Source: Podarcis vaucheri
Taxonomy: Eukaryota
Direction: 5' to 3' (one strand)
Length of the DNA: 64,000 bases
Assembly (NCBI GenBank): GCA_965113315.1
Contig: OZ220375.1
In this document: positions 11,465-23,900 of the stretch, in pieces
Numbering within the stretch: the stretch's first letter is position 1
Layout of the letters: every line of letters begins with the position of its first letter
Notes under the pieces: model-generated
What the model saw: the letters and a program-made list of their open reading frames with translations, nothing else
Database searches by the model: none
What the model was told of the DNA's origin: nothing
Position numbers and translations under genes: made by a program

Positions 11465-11760
11465 GGAGAACATCAACAGCTTTGCTGAATCAGGTGAAAG
11501 GTCCATCTAGTCTGGTATCCCCTTTCCCACAGTGGTAAACTATATGCTTCTGGGAAGCTCATAAACAGGTATAGAAGCAATAGCTGTCACCTGTTATTAC
11601 TCCCTAGTGACAGTATTATCAGGCATGCTATGTCTTAAGTTTGGAGGTTGTATGTAGACTTCCCTTACACTAATAGCAAATTCATTCTCCCAAGTGTGGA
11701 TCCTTGTGCAGCTAAAAGCGCATGATGAGTGCTCATGGAAGAGTTATTCAGGAAGAACTG
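11465..11760 (-). mobile_element. CR1 LINE 3' end fragment
   Basis: agaacat...gctgaatcagg...aaggtccatctagtc...tttcccacagtgg pattern, reverse complement of CR1 tails at 30930 and 31830; ends approximate. Confidence 0.5.
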
Positions 11761-13311
11761 AACATGCTCAGTGGCTATAGAAAATTGACTCTCAGTTGAA
11801 TGGAGGGCGGAATGGACAAGCGGGAGGAGGGAAAATGGAATATCCAGGAAAAGGGCATGGCTGGCTGGCAGGAATTCCAAATAGGAGCCTCCATACTGCA
11901 ACTTTTTGTTGCAGGTTCCACTTGTCATGATTAACAGCTAATGGTAAAACACATTAATTCTCCATGAAAGTGTGTTTAATCCATCTATGCTAGAACCATT
12001 TGTGGACTTAATGTCTATCGGAAGTCTGCAAGCAGGGTCTGAGCACAACAGCCCTGTCCTCACATACAATTCCCTGCAGCTGACATTCCCAGCAGCGAAG
12101 GTACAGGAGATCACATGCTGCACAATGATCTTGCTAGCAGTTCGCTGCAGTAACTGCTAGCAAGTTGATTGTGTGATGTAAACACACCAACATTTGTGGG
12201 ATATACAGCACAAGTCTACCATGAAACTACGCATTCACATGCAATTCTTAAGAAATATGGGGAGAAACTGTCTCACAAGACCCGAAGACTCAAAGAAGGG
12301 AAGCCTTATGTAACAAAGGAATGGAACAAAACTTAAGAAATCAAACAAATGTGGTGTTCAGTTTCCCACAGTTTATGCTGCTTATTCATTTTGTGGGGGG
12401 TTCTCTCTTTTGGTGAATTTTGAGGGGACACACAAAGCTCAGCATCCCCATATTCCTTTTTTAAAAAAAACTTTATTTAAACAAAGGGAAAAATAATGTG
12501 ATCAACAACAGTACATCATGTGGCACTTTAAGATTTGACAGAGATTGTTAAAAATAACCTCCTTATAAAGTTTTCCCCCTTCCTCATCCCCAACAAATAA
12601 CACCACACTGCGAGAAGACTTGGCAATGATGAGATTGCCATGTTGGGTGGAGCAGATGAAGCAACTATGGGTTGCAAATATCCAACTTTCACCTATAATT
12701 CCAGCTCTTTCTTTCCAACTTGTGTTGAAATTTACCACCTTCATCAGAAATATAGAGAAGTAGGAAAACCTGTCAAGTAGGAAAACCTTACCTGTATATC
12801 CTTGAGTGTGACGTTCTTTCATACAAGCAGAGTCATCCAGACAGTTGAGATGATCAAGAATCTAGTGGTTGCTAACTTCAGAAGTTGGCACTTTTAAGTC
12901 CCCCCCCCCCAAATGCATAGATTTAGAGCTAATTTAAACAATGAGGTGTATGTAGTGCAGTCTTCCCTGAGAGCCTTACTGTGTCAAGATACACGTGGGC
13001 AGTGGTTACTTGTCTAAAAACACCCCACAGTCAAAATATATTCATTTTATTAATTTTTGAATTACCTTTCACATGTCTCAATCTGAATTACAATATAAGC
13101 AACTAACATACTTTTAAAAGCAATACAAGATGGAGACCTTTTCATCCAGATGGAAATGTTTGTTGAAACAAAATGTCTTCAGGTATTTTTGGAAAGCACA
13201 TAAAAAATGAATACGAAGTTGCAGCATATCATCTTTCCATTTACATGGCGATCTTGAGGCAGGGGCAATCTCAAGGAAACCAATTCCCACTTTATTTTCA
13301 GCAAGTTTAGT

Positions 13312-13704
13312 CCAGTGTGGTATAGTGGTTAAGAGCAGTAGTCTCGTAATCTGGTGAACTGGGTTCGCGTCTCCGCTCCTCCACATGCAGCTGCTGGGTG
13401 ACCTTGGGCCAGTCAAACTTCTCTGAAGTCTCTCAGCCCCACTCACCTCACAGAGTGTTTGTTGGGGGGGAGGAAGGGAAAGGAGATTGTTAGCCGCTTT
13501 GAGATACCTTAGGGCAGTGTTCCCCAACCTTGGGCCTCCAGCTGTTTTTGGACTACAATTCCCATCATCCTTGACCACTGGTCTTGCTAGCGAGGGATGA
13601 TGGGAGTTGTAGTCCAAAAACAGCTGGAGGCCCAAGGTTGGGGAACACTGCCTTAGGGTAGTGATAAAGCGGGATATCAAATCCAAACTCCTCTTCTTCT
13701 TCTT
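13312..13704 (+). mobile_element. tRNA-derived SINE (Squam3-like) with (TTC)n tail, interrupted by a hAT MITE
   Basis: A-box-like TGGTATAGTGG, B-box-like GGTTCGCGTCT, core gggtgaccttgggccagtc...tcagccccactcacctcacag, 3' gataaagcgggatatcaaatccaaac + ttc tail. Confidence 0.8.
13515..13650. mobile_element. hAT-type MITE (136 bp, near-perfect palindrome)
   Basis: TIR CAGTGTTCCCCAACCTTGGGCCTCCAGCTGTTTTTGGACTACAA and exact inverse; perfect 8-bp TSD CCTTAGGG (13507-13514, 13651-13658). Confidence 0.92.
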
Positions 13705-13989
13705 TAGACAACCAGACCGCATGCACGCTAAATATTTAAATCACCTCTGAGCAATTTATGAGATTGAATGAATATATTTTGGTGTTATTTCCATTCACAT
13801 TTCTGGGACATGATTTGTTTCTTAAAATTTATTTAATAAAGTAATGCTTATGATTGTAGCACACAAAATGCAAAGGGGAATAGGTAGCCCACTGCCTGCC
13901 TTTTCGTTTCCCTTGATTCTGGCTGTTCCAGCTTCTTCCAGTGCTGGGATGACACTGCAACCTTCTCACCCTCATTCCTAGGGCTGACC

Positions 13990-14148
13990 ATGGTCACCTG
14001 CTCCCTGCTGGGCTCCCTGCGTGTCTGCCTGGAGCGACACCCACCTCTGGTCACCTTCTTCTTTTGCCTCCTTTCGTTGGCTGTTGCCTTTGTTGGTTTT
14101 GCTGCCTACATCCAGTCACATGATGTTCAGAATCCTGATGTCAAAGAG
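13990..14148 (+). CDS. TMEM219: TMEM219 (IGFBP-3 receptor) coding exon 1
   Basis: Acceptor at 13981, gaccATGG; MVTCSLLGSLRVCLERHPPLVTFFFCLLSLAVAFVGFAAYIQSHDVQNPDVKE resembles TMEM219/TMEM248 N-terminus (CL..HPPLV, TM helix, PD); donor GTGAGC; adjacent to TAOK2 as in mammals. Confidence 0.88.
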
Positions 14149-14967
14149 GTGAGCTAGAGATGATCACCTTAAGTAGAAAATCAGACCAAAATGCTGGGGA
14201 TGGAATTGGGTTGTGGTTGTAAAGGACGCATGAGAGACTTTAGGAGGCAATGGTGGGTGCTCTACCTTCTCCTTGGTCTCTTAACAACTGTTTAGGCTCA
14301 GCAACTGAGTGGTTCTCTGACTGAAACTTTCAGGATGGTTGGGTTTCTTCTCGGATAAAACGCACAGAATTTCCCTAACAATTCTGGGCTATGACAGGTA
14401 TGTTGGGTGTTCGTTGTAGAGGCAGACTTCTTTTGGCAATTGTTTTTATTTATTTCCATTTTCTAACAGACGAGAGATTTACCCGAATTTGAACAGCTGC
14501 ATTGATTTGCTCTCAAAAATAGTGTTGCCTGTGTTGGCTGCTGTTATCATACCATAATGACCCAAGCTAAACATTCATGAATTACAAAGGGTTGGGTGTT
14601 GTTGGTTTTTACAAATACGCTATAAGAAACTGTCCTTGAAAAGATAGTCCTGAATGGTTACTATCAGAAGAAGTGGGGAGCAAAAGAATAGGATATACAA
14701 CAGTACAAAATTTTAAATTAGTAGGTGCAGCTATATCTGAAATATTCAACGATCCGGGTGTTCTGAGATGTTTTATGGTACTTTTATAATACAGTTCTGA
14801 TCTTTCAATTTTCTAGCTGTTAAGAGCAAAAGGGAATTTTTAGAGGCAAGATTGGGTGAAATTGGAAAGGTACTTTAAAAGGCAGAAGCAAATGAAAAAA
14901 TTGCAATCAAAAGAATAGAATCAACTAAGAGTCAATTCTCATTCCTTTTCCCTCCCTCATCTCTAAG

Positions 14968-15190
14968 GACTGGAATTCTCTGCTAAAGTCTCTGGCACAC
15001 TTAATGTTCTGTATCCCAAATAAGACGCAGGAAAGTGCCTTGACACCAGCTCCCTCCACAACCACTGCTGAGACCCCTACAACAGTCTCTGTCATGGTTG
15101 CCTTGACCTTTGACTTCCACAATGGCACAGATCCTCCCAATGGTACACGCCTAGGTCTGACAGTCACTGGGGAAAAGCTGGGTCTCAAAG
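14968..15190 (+). CDS. TMEM219: TMEM219 coding exon 2
   Basis: AG/GT bounded, in frame: DWNSLLKSLAHLMFC...TVTGEKLGLKG; phase 0 to 1. Confidence 0.88.
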
Positions 15191-15302
15191 GTGAGTGATT
15201 TCTCACTCCTGACCAATTGCAACATCCTCCCAAAGATTTCAGGAACTCTGGTTCCATGTCAGTCTCCCCTTGACCTTTCCTTCCATCAACTTCCAACCAC
15301 AG

Positions 15303-15411
15303 GTCTAGATGCCCAGGAATCAATCCACTTCCTGACTATCATCACGAACTCAGTCTCCCATGAGAACTGCCTTAGCATCACTGCACCTTCATCCCTTCTC
15401 CCCAAGACCAG
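15303..15411 (+). CDS. TMEM219: TMEM219 coding exon 3
   Basis: LDAQESIHFLTII...CLSITAPSSLLPKTR; phase 1 to 2. Confidence 0.85.
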
Positions 15412-15479
15412 GTGAGCCAAGATATTTAGTTTCAAGGAGTTCTTAACCCATTAATGCAATACTCCCATCTTGTCCCCAG

Positions 15480-15591
15480 ACAACCACCTAAATGTGTGAT
15501 AGAGGAATGGGACATGCACCAAGAAGAGACAGGAATTTGTTACCAGCCACATTACCAGGCTAATCCTGCCCTGTCCAGCATGCTGGATCAG
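15480..15591 (+). CDS. TMEM219: TMEM219 coding exon 4
   Basis: QPPKCVIEEW...CYQPHYQANPALSSMLDQ; phase 2 to 0; donor GTAAGA. Confidence 0.85.
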
Positions 15592-15706
15592 GTAAGATGA
15601 ATGTGGGCAGTGACAGTATTTGGACCTGGGGATTCTGGGTTTCTTCAGGATGCAAGCTGGATTATAAGGGAAGGAGCATTCACTGTTGCACTCCTTTCAC
15701 TCTCAG

Positions 15707-15835
15707 GCGGATCGTGCCCTCTGCAGCCAGCGGCTCCTGATGACCAGTGCTTTCCTTCTCTGCCTCTGTGCCATGCTATGTTGTGCAGCTGGCCTGTGCT
15801 ATCCTAACCCCAGAGACAAGTGGGGGCAAATCTAA
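15707..15835 (+). CDS. TMEM219: TMEM219 last coding exon (second TM helix)
   Basis: ADRALCSQRLLMTSAFLLCLCAMLCCAAGLCYPNPRDKWGQI*; spliced total 243 aa. Confidence 0.88.
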   Translation, partial: ADRALCSQRLLMTSAFLLCLCAMLCCAAGLCYPNPRDKWGQI

Positions 15836-16054
15836 GCGGGTCCAGCAAATGCCAAACCTATACTGCAACAAAGCCAGGTAGCCTGCCCATTTGCCCTGCT
15901 TTCTCCAAGTACCTGGATCATGCAACGATGCCATATTTCAGATCTGAAATTAGCCCATGTACTGTTGTGACAGCTAAGCTGTGAATAAGAGTTTAAGTGC
16001 TATCTTGGTTCACTGTGGGGTGACTGTATGAACCCCAATGAGAGCGGATGGTGC

Positions 16055-16060
16055 AATAAA
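16055..16060 (+). terminator. TMEM219: TMEM219 poly(A) signal
   Basis: AATAAA followed by T/GT-rich tract (16080-16100). Confidence 0.6.
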
Positions 16061-17654
16061 TAACATACAAATGATAGTATTTGTTTTTTGTATTGTAAGT
16101 GGCTGTACCAGTGACACAAATTGAATCATGTAGTATTTCTCAGGTAGTTACTGAAGGAGCTTCACGTGTGGTTGAGTAGGTTAATGACTACCGTAGCATT
16201 ATCCTAAATGGGATTGCCATGCCTTTGCCAGTAAATATTCTGTTAGAATTAGGATCTTTGGCTACAGGTTAAAATAATTTCATTTTTTAAAAAATGAATT
16301 AAAATAAAAAAACCAGTATATAACATAGTATCACTGATCAATGGGGTCAGGGAATGGGATCATAAGAAATCCAATGTTATTTCTTGCTGGTGTGAGTTCT
16401 GTCATGGTTTGCTTGTTTATTCCTTGTGTTTTATGTATTTATTTCCCACTTTTTAATCAAAAGATGCACAAAACACCTTACAACATTTTTTTAAATGATA
16501 AAGTTACACAAGACTCTATGACAAAGCTTACCAGAACCATAATAAAAGCAGACAGTTTAAAATCAACATTCAGATAAAGAGCAGAGAAGAGTAATTAGAA
16601 TAGAAATATTAAAAACTCACTGGAGTCTTCTGTGACTGCTTGAAGGTGAAATGAAAGCAGCCCAGCAGATCTCAACAGGAAGGGCATTCCACCATTACGG
16701 GATAACCACTGAGGTTTTATCTCAAATACCCACCCAAGGTTCAAGAGCAGAGCATCTGAAGCTGACATATACCTTACCCCATCCCAAAGACTTTACCTTA
16801 TCTCTGTCTCATCAAGACAGTTTTAATAAATACATCTTACATCAAAAGTTCAGAAGATTCACAGGCAAGGACTTTGGTGAGTCAGGGTTAGAGGGAGAAG
16901 ATCCTTGTTCATAACCACCTCCCTAATGTAAGGTGGAGGAGGTTCTGAAATGAGTGCAATTTTGCATCCTACTTCCTAACTGGAGCTGGCTTACAGGCCT
17001 CATTCCTTTGAGCCTGAAGCATTCAACCTGAACTCCCTGTCTTTGGCAGAGAAGTGACCATGGCACAGCGATGCTAGCGGAGTGCTGGTTCCGCCTTAAC
17101 TCTTTACATGAGTCACCCACTGGAAAGGAAGGGTTCTTCCAGGGCATTCCTTTCTACCAGGACAGTAATCTCTCATTAATGTTAATGGGATCACAAGATG
17201 CCATCCTTTTGTACATAAAATCACAATTTTCATGTCATTGATTCCAACTTATGGGTTACTGATTGGTAATTCAACCCAGGTTTCAGCCATACTGCACTAC
17301 CAAATAGGAGAGTCAGTTAACAGGTGCCTGAACCAAAATTTGGCCAGCCATTTAAAATTAATGTGTGAAATTCAGTCATACCACCTCTGCTGCTTCTGAG
17401 TCTTTGAGTCCCTATCCCCCTACTTGCCAGGCTCACAGTGCTGCAGCGACAGCAGAAGCCATAACTGGTAGAATGTCTCTGGCTACACATAGCAACCCAA
17501 TTGCCCCTTGGCTGCTCCCTTCCCTCCCTGTGTAAAGTACCCAGACCCTCCTGTCTCTAACCCTCCTTTTCCAACTCCATGACCCTACCACCCATTGCTT
17601 CCCCAGGCCACTGCCTACTTTGTTCCCCTTCCTTTCTCTACCATGTTTCTAGAT

Positions 17655-17909
17655 CAGGGGTTCCCAAACTGCACTTCACGGGACGCACACACACACACTT
17701 CATTCAGGTGATCCATGACATGATCTGTGGCTACTGAAGACAAGAGATGACATATCCATTGCATTAAATTGTATTACAGTTTGAATTCTATAAAATTGTA
17801 ATGCACAGTGTATTACAGTTGCTAAACAGGCAGAAAAACCATTAAGTGGTCCACCAAGATGCTAAGCAGTTTTCAAGTGGACCACGGATGTGAAGTTTGG
17901 AAACCACTG
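17655..17909. mobile_element. hAT non-autonomous element (255 bp)
   Basis: TIR CAGGGGTTCCCAAACT / AGTTTGGAAACCACTG; perfect 8-bp TSD TTCTAGAT (17647-17654, 17910-17917). Confidence 0.85.
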
Positions 17910-18641
17910 TTCTAGATCACTCTTCCTATTTCTCCTTCCACCTGCCACATAAAATTCTACTCATCTTAAATGCTTTGAAATTCCTTTTGAGATGTAATTT
18001 ATCCTTGTTGCCCTTTCATGTCTCAATTCCCTCTTTCTTACCCTACCTGCAGTTCCTTCTCCTCCTCCTTTTTCTTATTTATTAAATTGACTAGTTACTT
18101 TTTTGCCATGGGAACGCAAAGTGACTTACAATTTTTTAATCAAAAAACAAATACATGGTGTTATAAAACTTATTTGGAGGGGGGTCCACCCCGGGGGGGG
18201 GAGGAGGAGGAGGTAAGGCTGAGATCCATCTTGGAGAGGGAGACGAAAGGGTCTCTTGCACTGCTGTGGACCATGCTGTAAGATCTGGACTCCCCTCATG
18301 CAGACTGAAAGGTGTAAATAGGCAAATAAACCCTATTTCTGAAAGTACAGTCTCCACCGTGTTTTCTGTTCTCCAAAGGGACACAGACCCTGTGTGCGCG
18401 CCTTTGGCACCAAATGCTCTGGCCGCTGCTGGGTGGAGAGAGGGCAGGCACAGGGCTTTTGTAACAATACATTAAAATCTTATTTTTTTAAAAAAAAAAG
18501 TGTTGAAAAAGAAGCCACTTTCTCCACTCTGCCCCTTCATTCAGCTTCCTTGCCTTGGGGCTCCCTGTCCATTAGCTTCTCTACCTCCTCTCAGGGCCAT
18601 CACAATCTTCAACCATTACCCTGCGATGTTTTAATGAATAT

Positions 18642-18670
18642 CAACCAACCAACCAACCAACCAACCAACC
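18642..18670. repeat. (CAAC)n microsatellite
   Basis: About 7 tandem CAAC units. Confidence 0.9.
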
Positions 18671-18799
18671 CCCTTTTCCTCACAGAAGGTGGACCACGAT
18701 CTGCTCTGAACTGTCCCAGCCAATGCACCAGCCCAGCCAATCAGTGTCCGAGACGTCACTGGGCTTAACAATGTACAGGCTGTGCTGCATTAGCATCCG

Positions 18800-20400
18800 C
18801 GGAGTCAACAAGCGAGCCCAAATCACGTGACACTGTGGGGAGGGGGTTGTTCGAGAGCAGGTAGAGCCTTTCGGTTTTGTGAAGATTTCTGGGAGTGTTT
18901 CTATTTTGCCGCCTTTTCATTTTTGCTTGGTTTTGAGGGTTTAAAATTTACGGCCAAAAGGGCGTGCGGTTTATTCCGCCGCCGCCGCCCCCTTGAGAAA
19001 GGGCGGTTATAGCTCGCCTTGGTCCCAATTGCGCAGGTGCCAAGGTGCTGCTGTTCCCATATAAGGCGAGGGAAAGGTCACATTAGGAAGACCGCGCGGC
19101 ACCTGAACATTCCGTCGAGTGAGGGGATCCTGACCCCGCCCTCCTCCAGAGGGGTTCGGGCGAGGGCCCGCGCGCTCGTTCAGTGACGCTTTAAAGTTTA
19201 ACGGTCGCTCACAGTGTCCTTTATTCCTCCCCCTCCCCTTCAACAGCTGTCGTCCCTTCGCCCGTTTTCTATGCGCGCGCGCGCGCCCGTTTTTTCGGAA
19301 TCCTGCCCCAGTAACAGCTGAGCGCTGGAAGCTCCGCCCCCAACAACGCCAACCTACCAATCACATTTCGCCTCCACCGTATGTCCCAATCAAAACTGGC
19401 TAGAGGGCATGTGCCGTCCCAATCTGACTCCTTTCATTGAACAGCTCTTTCCCCTCTCAGCCAACCAGGACGCCGACCTCCTTGTTTGCCCTCGCCCTTC
19501 CCGAAGCCCCGCCTCCTCCAAGCCCGGCGCGGCTTCCTTGCCCCAGGCCCGGTTCCAGACATCCGCCCGCACTCTTTTCGTATTGTCAAGGGAAGCCACG
19601 GTCCCGCCCATCAACGCCGCAGCAACCCAATGAACGCAGGGCCCTCGCGAGCGACTCGGCTCGCTCGCTCCCTTTTATTAGTGCACATGCGCTTTGTCTC
19701 ATTCAGCAACACCTTGTTCCCTCACAGCTCATGCTCGGTTAACTTTCTCTCTCTCTCTCCAGAACGCCCTTACCAAGGCGCAAGTCGTACGCTACGTCTC
19801 CGCTCCGCTCTACGCATGCGGCCGTTCCTTGGCTTCGGAAAGGCGTTCGGCGCGTGTCCAGTCCGCGGCGCATGCGGCTTTCTCCCGGCTCCCTCCCACG
19901 GCTCACTGCGCGTGCGCCCTCTCCTCCGCCGCGCGCCGCCGCTTATGCGCATGCGCCCGGGCTTCTCTCTGCCTTGGTTCCGGTCTGGCTCCTGCCTTGG
20001 GCGCCATCTTGGATTTGGGGACAACTGGAGTGAGTGAGTGAGTGAGAAGGCAGAGGAGCCCGAGGAGGCGAGAGAGGGGAGGGGGGGCCGGATAGCGCCA
20101 GGCCCCCCATCCCCACAGTACTCCACATCACCGACCCCACCCTCTGCCGTAGAGAGGTAGCCCCTCCCTTCCCCCAGCCCCCCGCCCCGCAGGGCTCCCT
20201 GGACGTTGGAGGATTTCTGGGGCTCCTGGAGGACCAGCCCGCCCCCGTCCGCCCACCCCGCCCCGGCCCCTCCTGACCCCCCACCCCAGTTTCCCCGTGA
20301 GGGCGGCGGCGCGTTCCGCTTCGGAGGTGCAAGCCTGAGTCCCCTCCGCATCCATTACCTGTGGGTCCTTTATAGCTCACCCCACCTGAAATATATGACA
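18800..20400 (+). promoter_or_regulatory. TAOK2: TAOK2 CpG-island promoter
   Basis: CpG-dense; TCACGTGAC (18823-18831), CArG CCATATAAGG (19057-19066), CCAAT boxes (~19357, ~19386), NRF1 TGCGCATGCGC (19946-19956), YY1-like CGCCATCTT (20002-20010), GC boxes. Confidence 0.8.
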
Positions 20401-20902
20401 GGGGCTGCGACGTCCCACTTAACCCGCGTCTTCTTTCTCTTAATAGGCTTCCCAAAGAGTCGTCTGTCGGTAGGGCCTCTTGTCTGATAGAGATTTCCCC
20501 TCCTCTAATTTGGGATATTCTCTCTTCTCCTCCCTCCCCCCCACCCACCGCCCTGAAGAGTCTCCGTAGAATTGGGTCTGCTGGGAGACTCCTCATTCAC
20601 CTTTTCAAAGGGATGCCCCCATCCTTCCCCTTTAAGTAGAGCCCCCTGCACGTCTTCGCTTCTGCGGATCCTTTCTTCCCTAGCCAAGCCGGAGAGAGGG
20701 AGATACTCTAGGTGCCCTATGTTTCCTACGCAGAGGCCTCCCTCGTCCAGGGGAGCCAGTGACAGTTCCCTCTAAACCCTCTTCCTTGATTGGAGGAGTT
20801 GGGGAAGAGGAGGAGGAGGTCGGGGGTGTACTCCCCACCCCCAATATCCTGGAGCTGGAGCCGCAAGGGGAACAGTATCAAGGCAGCTGCCGAGACTTAC
20901 AG
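19990..20902 (+). other. TAOK2: TAOK2 non-coding exon 1 (long 5' UTR; start approximate)
   Basis: Extends from the CpG island core to strong donor CAG|GTGAGA after 20902; next recognisable exon at 30580 carries the ATG. Confidence 0.55.
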
Positions 20903-23900
20903 GTGAGACCTGAACGTACTGATACAGGGGAGAGGTGAAGGGATGTATGTTGTGGTGGTGGTGGTGGGGAGGCTGGGAAGATAACAGAAGGTGAACGTTT
21001 GCAGAACAAAGAGGTTGTATGCACCAATTTTGTGGAAATCCGATTTTCTTTCTGTCTGCTTCCCCCGCCTTCCCCCAACAATCATGCCTCCTGTGTTGAG
21101 AAGCACACGCCCTCCCACCCCACCCCAACTCATTTTCTTCTTCTAAAGGCTTAATGAAGGAGTAGCAACTTGCAGCTTTCCCCTGCCACATCTGGGCCCT
21201 CTTCTGGAGAAACCAGGAGTTCTGTTCACCAGAACATGGATCCTGGGTTTCCATTCTGCCACCTCAAATCCTTGTCGTCTTTTTATTGAGAATAAAAGCT
21301 GACACCACCACCCCCATCCCTCCCAAAAACCTCCTTTGCAACCTATCAATTGCATCTCACTATGACTGCTAGACTCATTTCTTGACTTTGCAACTAAAAG
21401 CCCCTGGCTCCTAGTCCTGTTCCTCTCCATTAGGTCTTGTTCAGCTTTTAAGGAAACCTAGAGGCCTGTTTTTATGCTCTTAAATATTTGATGACAAGGT
21501 TGGGGATGTAGGTGTTATCAAGGTAGGTTAACATGATGGACTACTGTTGGCTTCCCTAGGAATCATCATTCAGGCTGAAACTTTGTTGTAAATATTGAGC
21601 ATGCAACCAGGAGTGAATTTTGGGGAAATGGGATGATTGCCCTTGGCTTGTGGTCTGGGGTTGGATTTTAACGTAGCATGCTACCAAAAGTTTTGTAGGT
21701 GTGTTTATAATGGGTTAGGAGGAAGACATGGTGGAACTGTATTTGGATGCAGGGGTGCTTCACACAGATACTGCAGAGTAATGAGGTTTAACATGACCAC
21801 TTGGAAGGAAGGAGGATGAATGGCTTGTCCTAAATGCTGGATGGTGTTCAATTTGACATCCTTTTAAGCTACATGGACCAGTTCCCACTGGGCCTGCTCT
21901 TTTTGTATTCTGAGGAGCAACCAGAAAAGGATTTAATGTCAAAGAAACCCATATTCCACAGAGAGGAAAATAAAATTCAGCATTCAATATAACACTGTAC
22001 AAAAAATTCAATTCTGTTAATATGCAGGAGTTTCACATTTAATTCAGAGTTTTAGATAAATTGAGCCTTATTTAGTACTTGGTGGTGTGAAGGTGCTGTT
22101 AAGAGGCAGTATCTATAAGCAGTGGGGTATGAGAAAACCAGTACTGTACTGTATTCCTTGAGCAATGGCAGTTGTCTGTTTCTTTCCCCCCACCCCCGCC
22201 CACCCTGTGGACCAGGATTGTTTTCAGATACCTCTCTAGAAACTTGGGGGCTAGTACTTTTAAAGAAGAGGTCTTCAGCAGTCTAGATTTCTGTACATGC
22301 CACGTCTCAGAAGATCAATTAATGAATGATGGCATGTTTATCAAGCCCATTAACACAAAGCACAGAAGTTTCAAGACCTCCACTTTCATGGATTGTATTG
22401 CTGCTTGACCTGGGTCCAAAAAATGGGAGTTGGGAATATTACCACCTCAAGGGATTGCACATTTCTCTGGGACATACCAATTTAAGGTAGGAATTTAAAA
22501 TGAGTCTGAGAATAAGGGGTGTTTCTTGTGGTGTGCATCCAACAATTTTCATCGTAGCTTGAATATCATTCCAGAAGGTTTCAGGAAAGGTTTTGTGTGG
22601 CATTCTTCTATCAAGGATGAGTAAGAGTCCTTGAGAGCTATGTTGCTTTTGGGGCTCCTCCATCCGCTGTCCTAATAGGCAGTAGTTTTATCATGCAAGA
22701 TGGGGCCCAGTATCTACTTGGTTGCTTTTTGACAAAGCTTTTCCTGTGATATTTTTATGAAGGTTCTTTCTGAAGTGCTTGGCCACCGAGATAATGGGAT
22801 AAATTGCTTTTCTTTTGTTGACAGGAGCTCCTCAGACTTTTAACCCAGCTGATTCTCTCTTGTGACCAGTAACACTCTTATTTTAGTCTGTTTAGTTGGG
22901 TACAGCCTTGCAAATGAATGTCCCAAAGTTACTAATCTGTCCACATATGCTGATTCAGTCATTTCAATTATATCAAGAGCCCAAAAGAAAGGAAAAGAAC
23001 CAACACTTTTTCCAGTTTCTCTGACTTACAGCACAGTTCTTTGACAAGTTGGAAACATGTCCTGTTGAGTTCAATGGGGCTTATTCCCATGTAAGTGAGG
23101 TTAGAATTGCAGCCCCATTCCCCTAATACACATGTCCATTTAAAACCCTGGTTCTGCCCCTGTTGCTTCAAAGAGCATGACTTCTCAATGACCATTTAGG
23201 ATTTTTCCTTTGCTGGATTTTCCCCACCTATGTTCTTGATTATAATACACTTCTTTCTTCCAGTAATCTAAAACAGACTCATGAGCCTCCTTTCAGCTGG
23301 ACATGTCATCATGAGAGAAGTTTTATCCTGGAATATTCAGATGTTTTTTTTAAAAAAAGATGATTATGATGGTGTAACAAAAGTGTTGCTTTGAGCCAAA
23401 GGACGGCAAACAGGCCAACCCAGACCAAGAATAAAAGCACCCTACCCCTCTTGCCCAGGCGCCACTTAGCGGAGGTGGAGTTGTTTCTATATTTGTGGCT
23501 GCTGATTCTGTGTTAAGAGGCTGCCTCTTTTTGCACATCTCACCACGATGTGACATAAAATAATAATTGGTAACACTCTTTGGTCAGATAAATTTAACAG
23601 CCCAAAGCTTCTAACTTTGATCTTGTCCTTTGTCAGAGAATATGTTGTTAAGAAGAGCTGGCAAGCAGAGGAATGAATGAATGAAAGGACACATGTAGAA
23701 GCTTGAGATACGATTAGAACTTCTCTCTTTCACACACGCACACCCCACCCCCTCGACACATACAAAAGTTCCCCTTTAGACACTATGGAGGACTTGCGAA
23801 AAGTGGAAGTGCTTTCCATAACATCCAACACCAGTCTTGTTTTCTGCCTTTAGTTTTCAGTTGAATCTGGTTTGGTGAGAGTCTGTCTTATGTACATCTC

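Noticed and set aside
13114-13722. 202-aa minus-strand ORF
   Set aside because: Runs through a SINE and a palindromic MITE; artefact
19007-20596. ORFs of 100-217 aa in the TAOK2 CpG island
   Set aside because: Low-complexity R/G/P/A translations typical of stop-poor CpG islands, many with non-ATG starts
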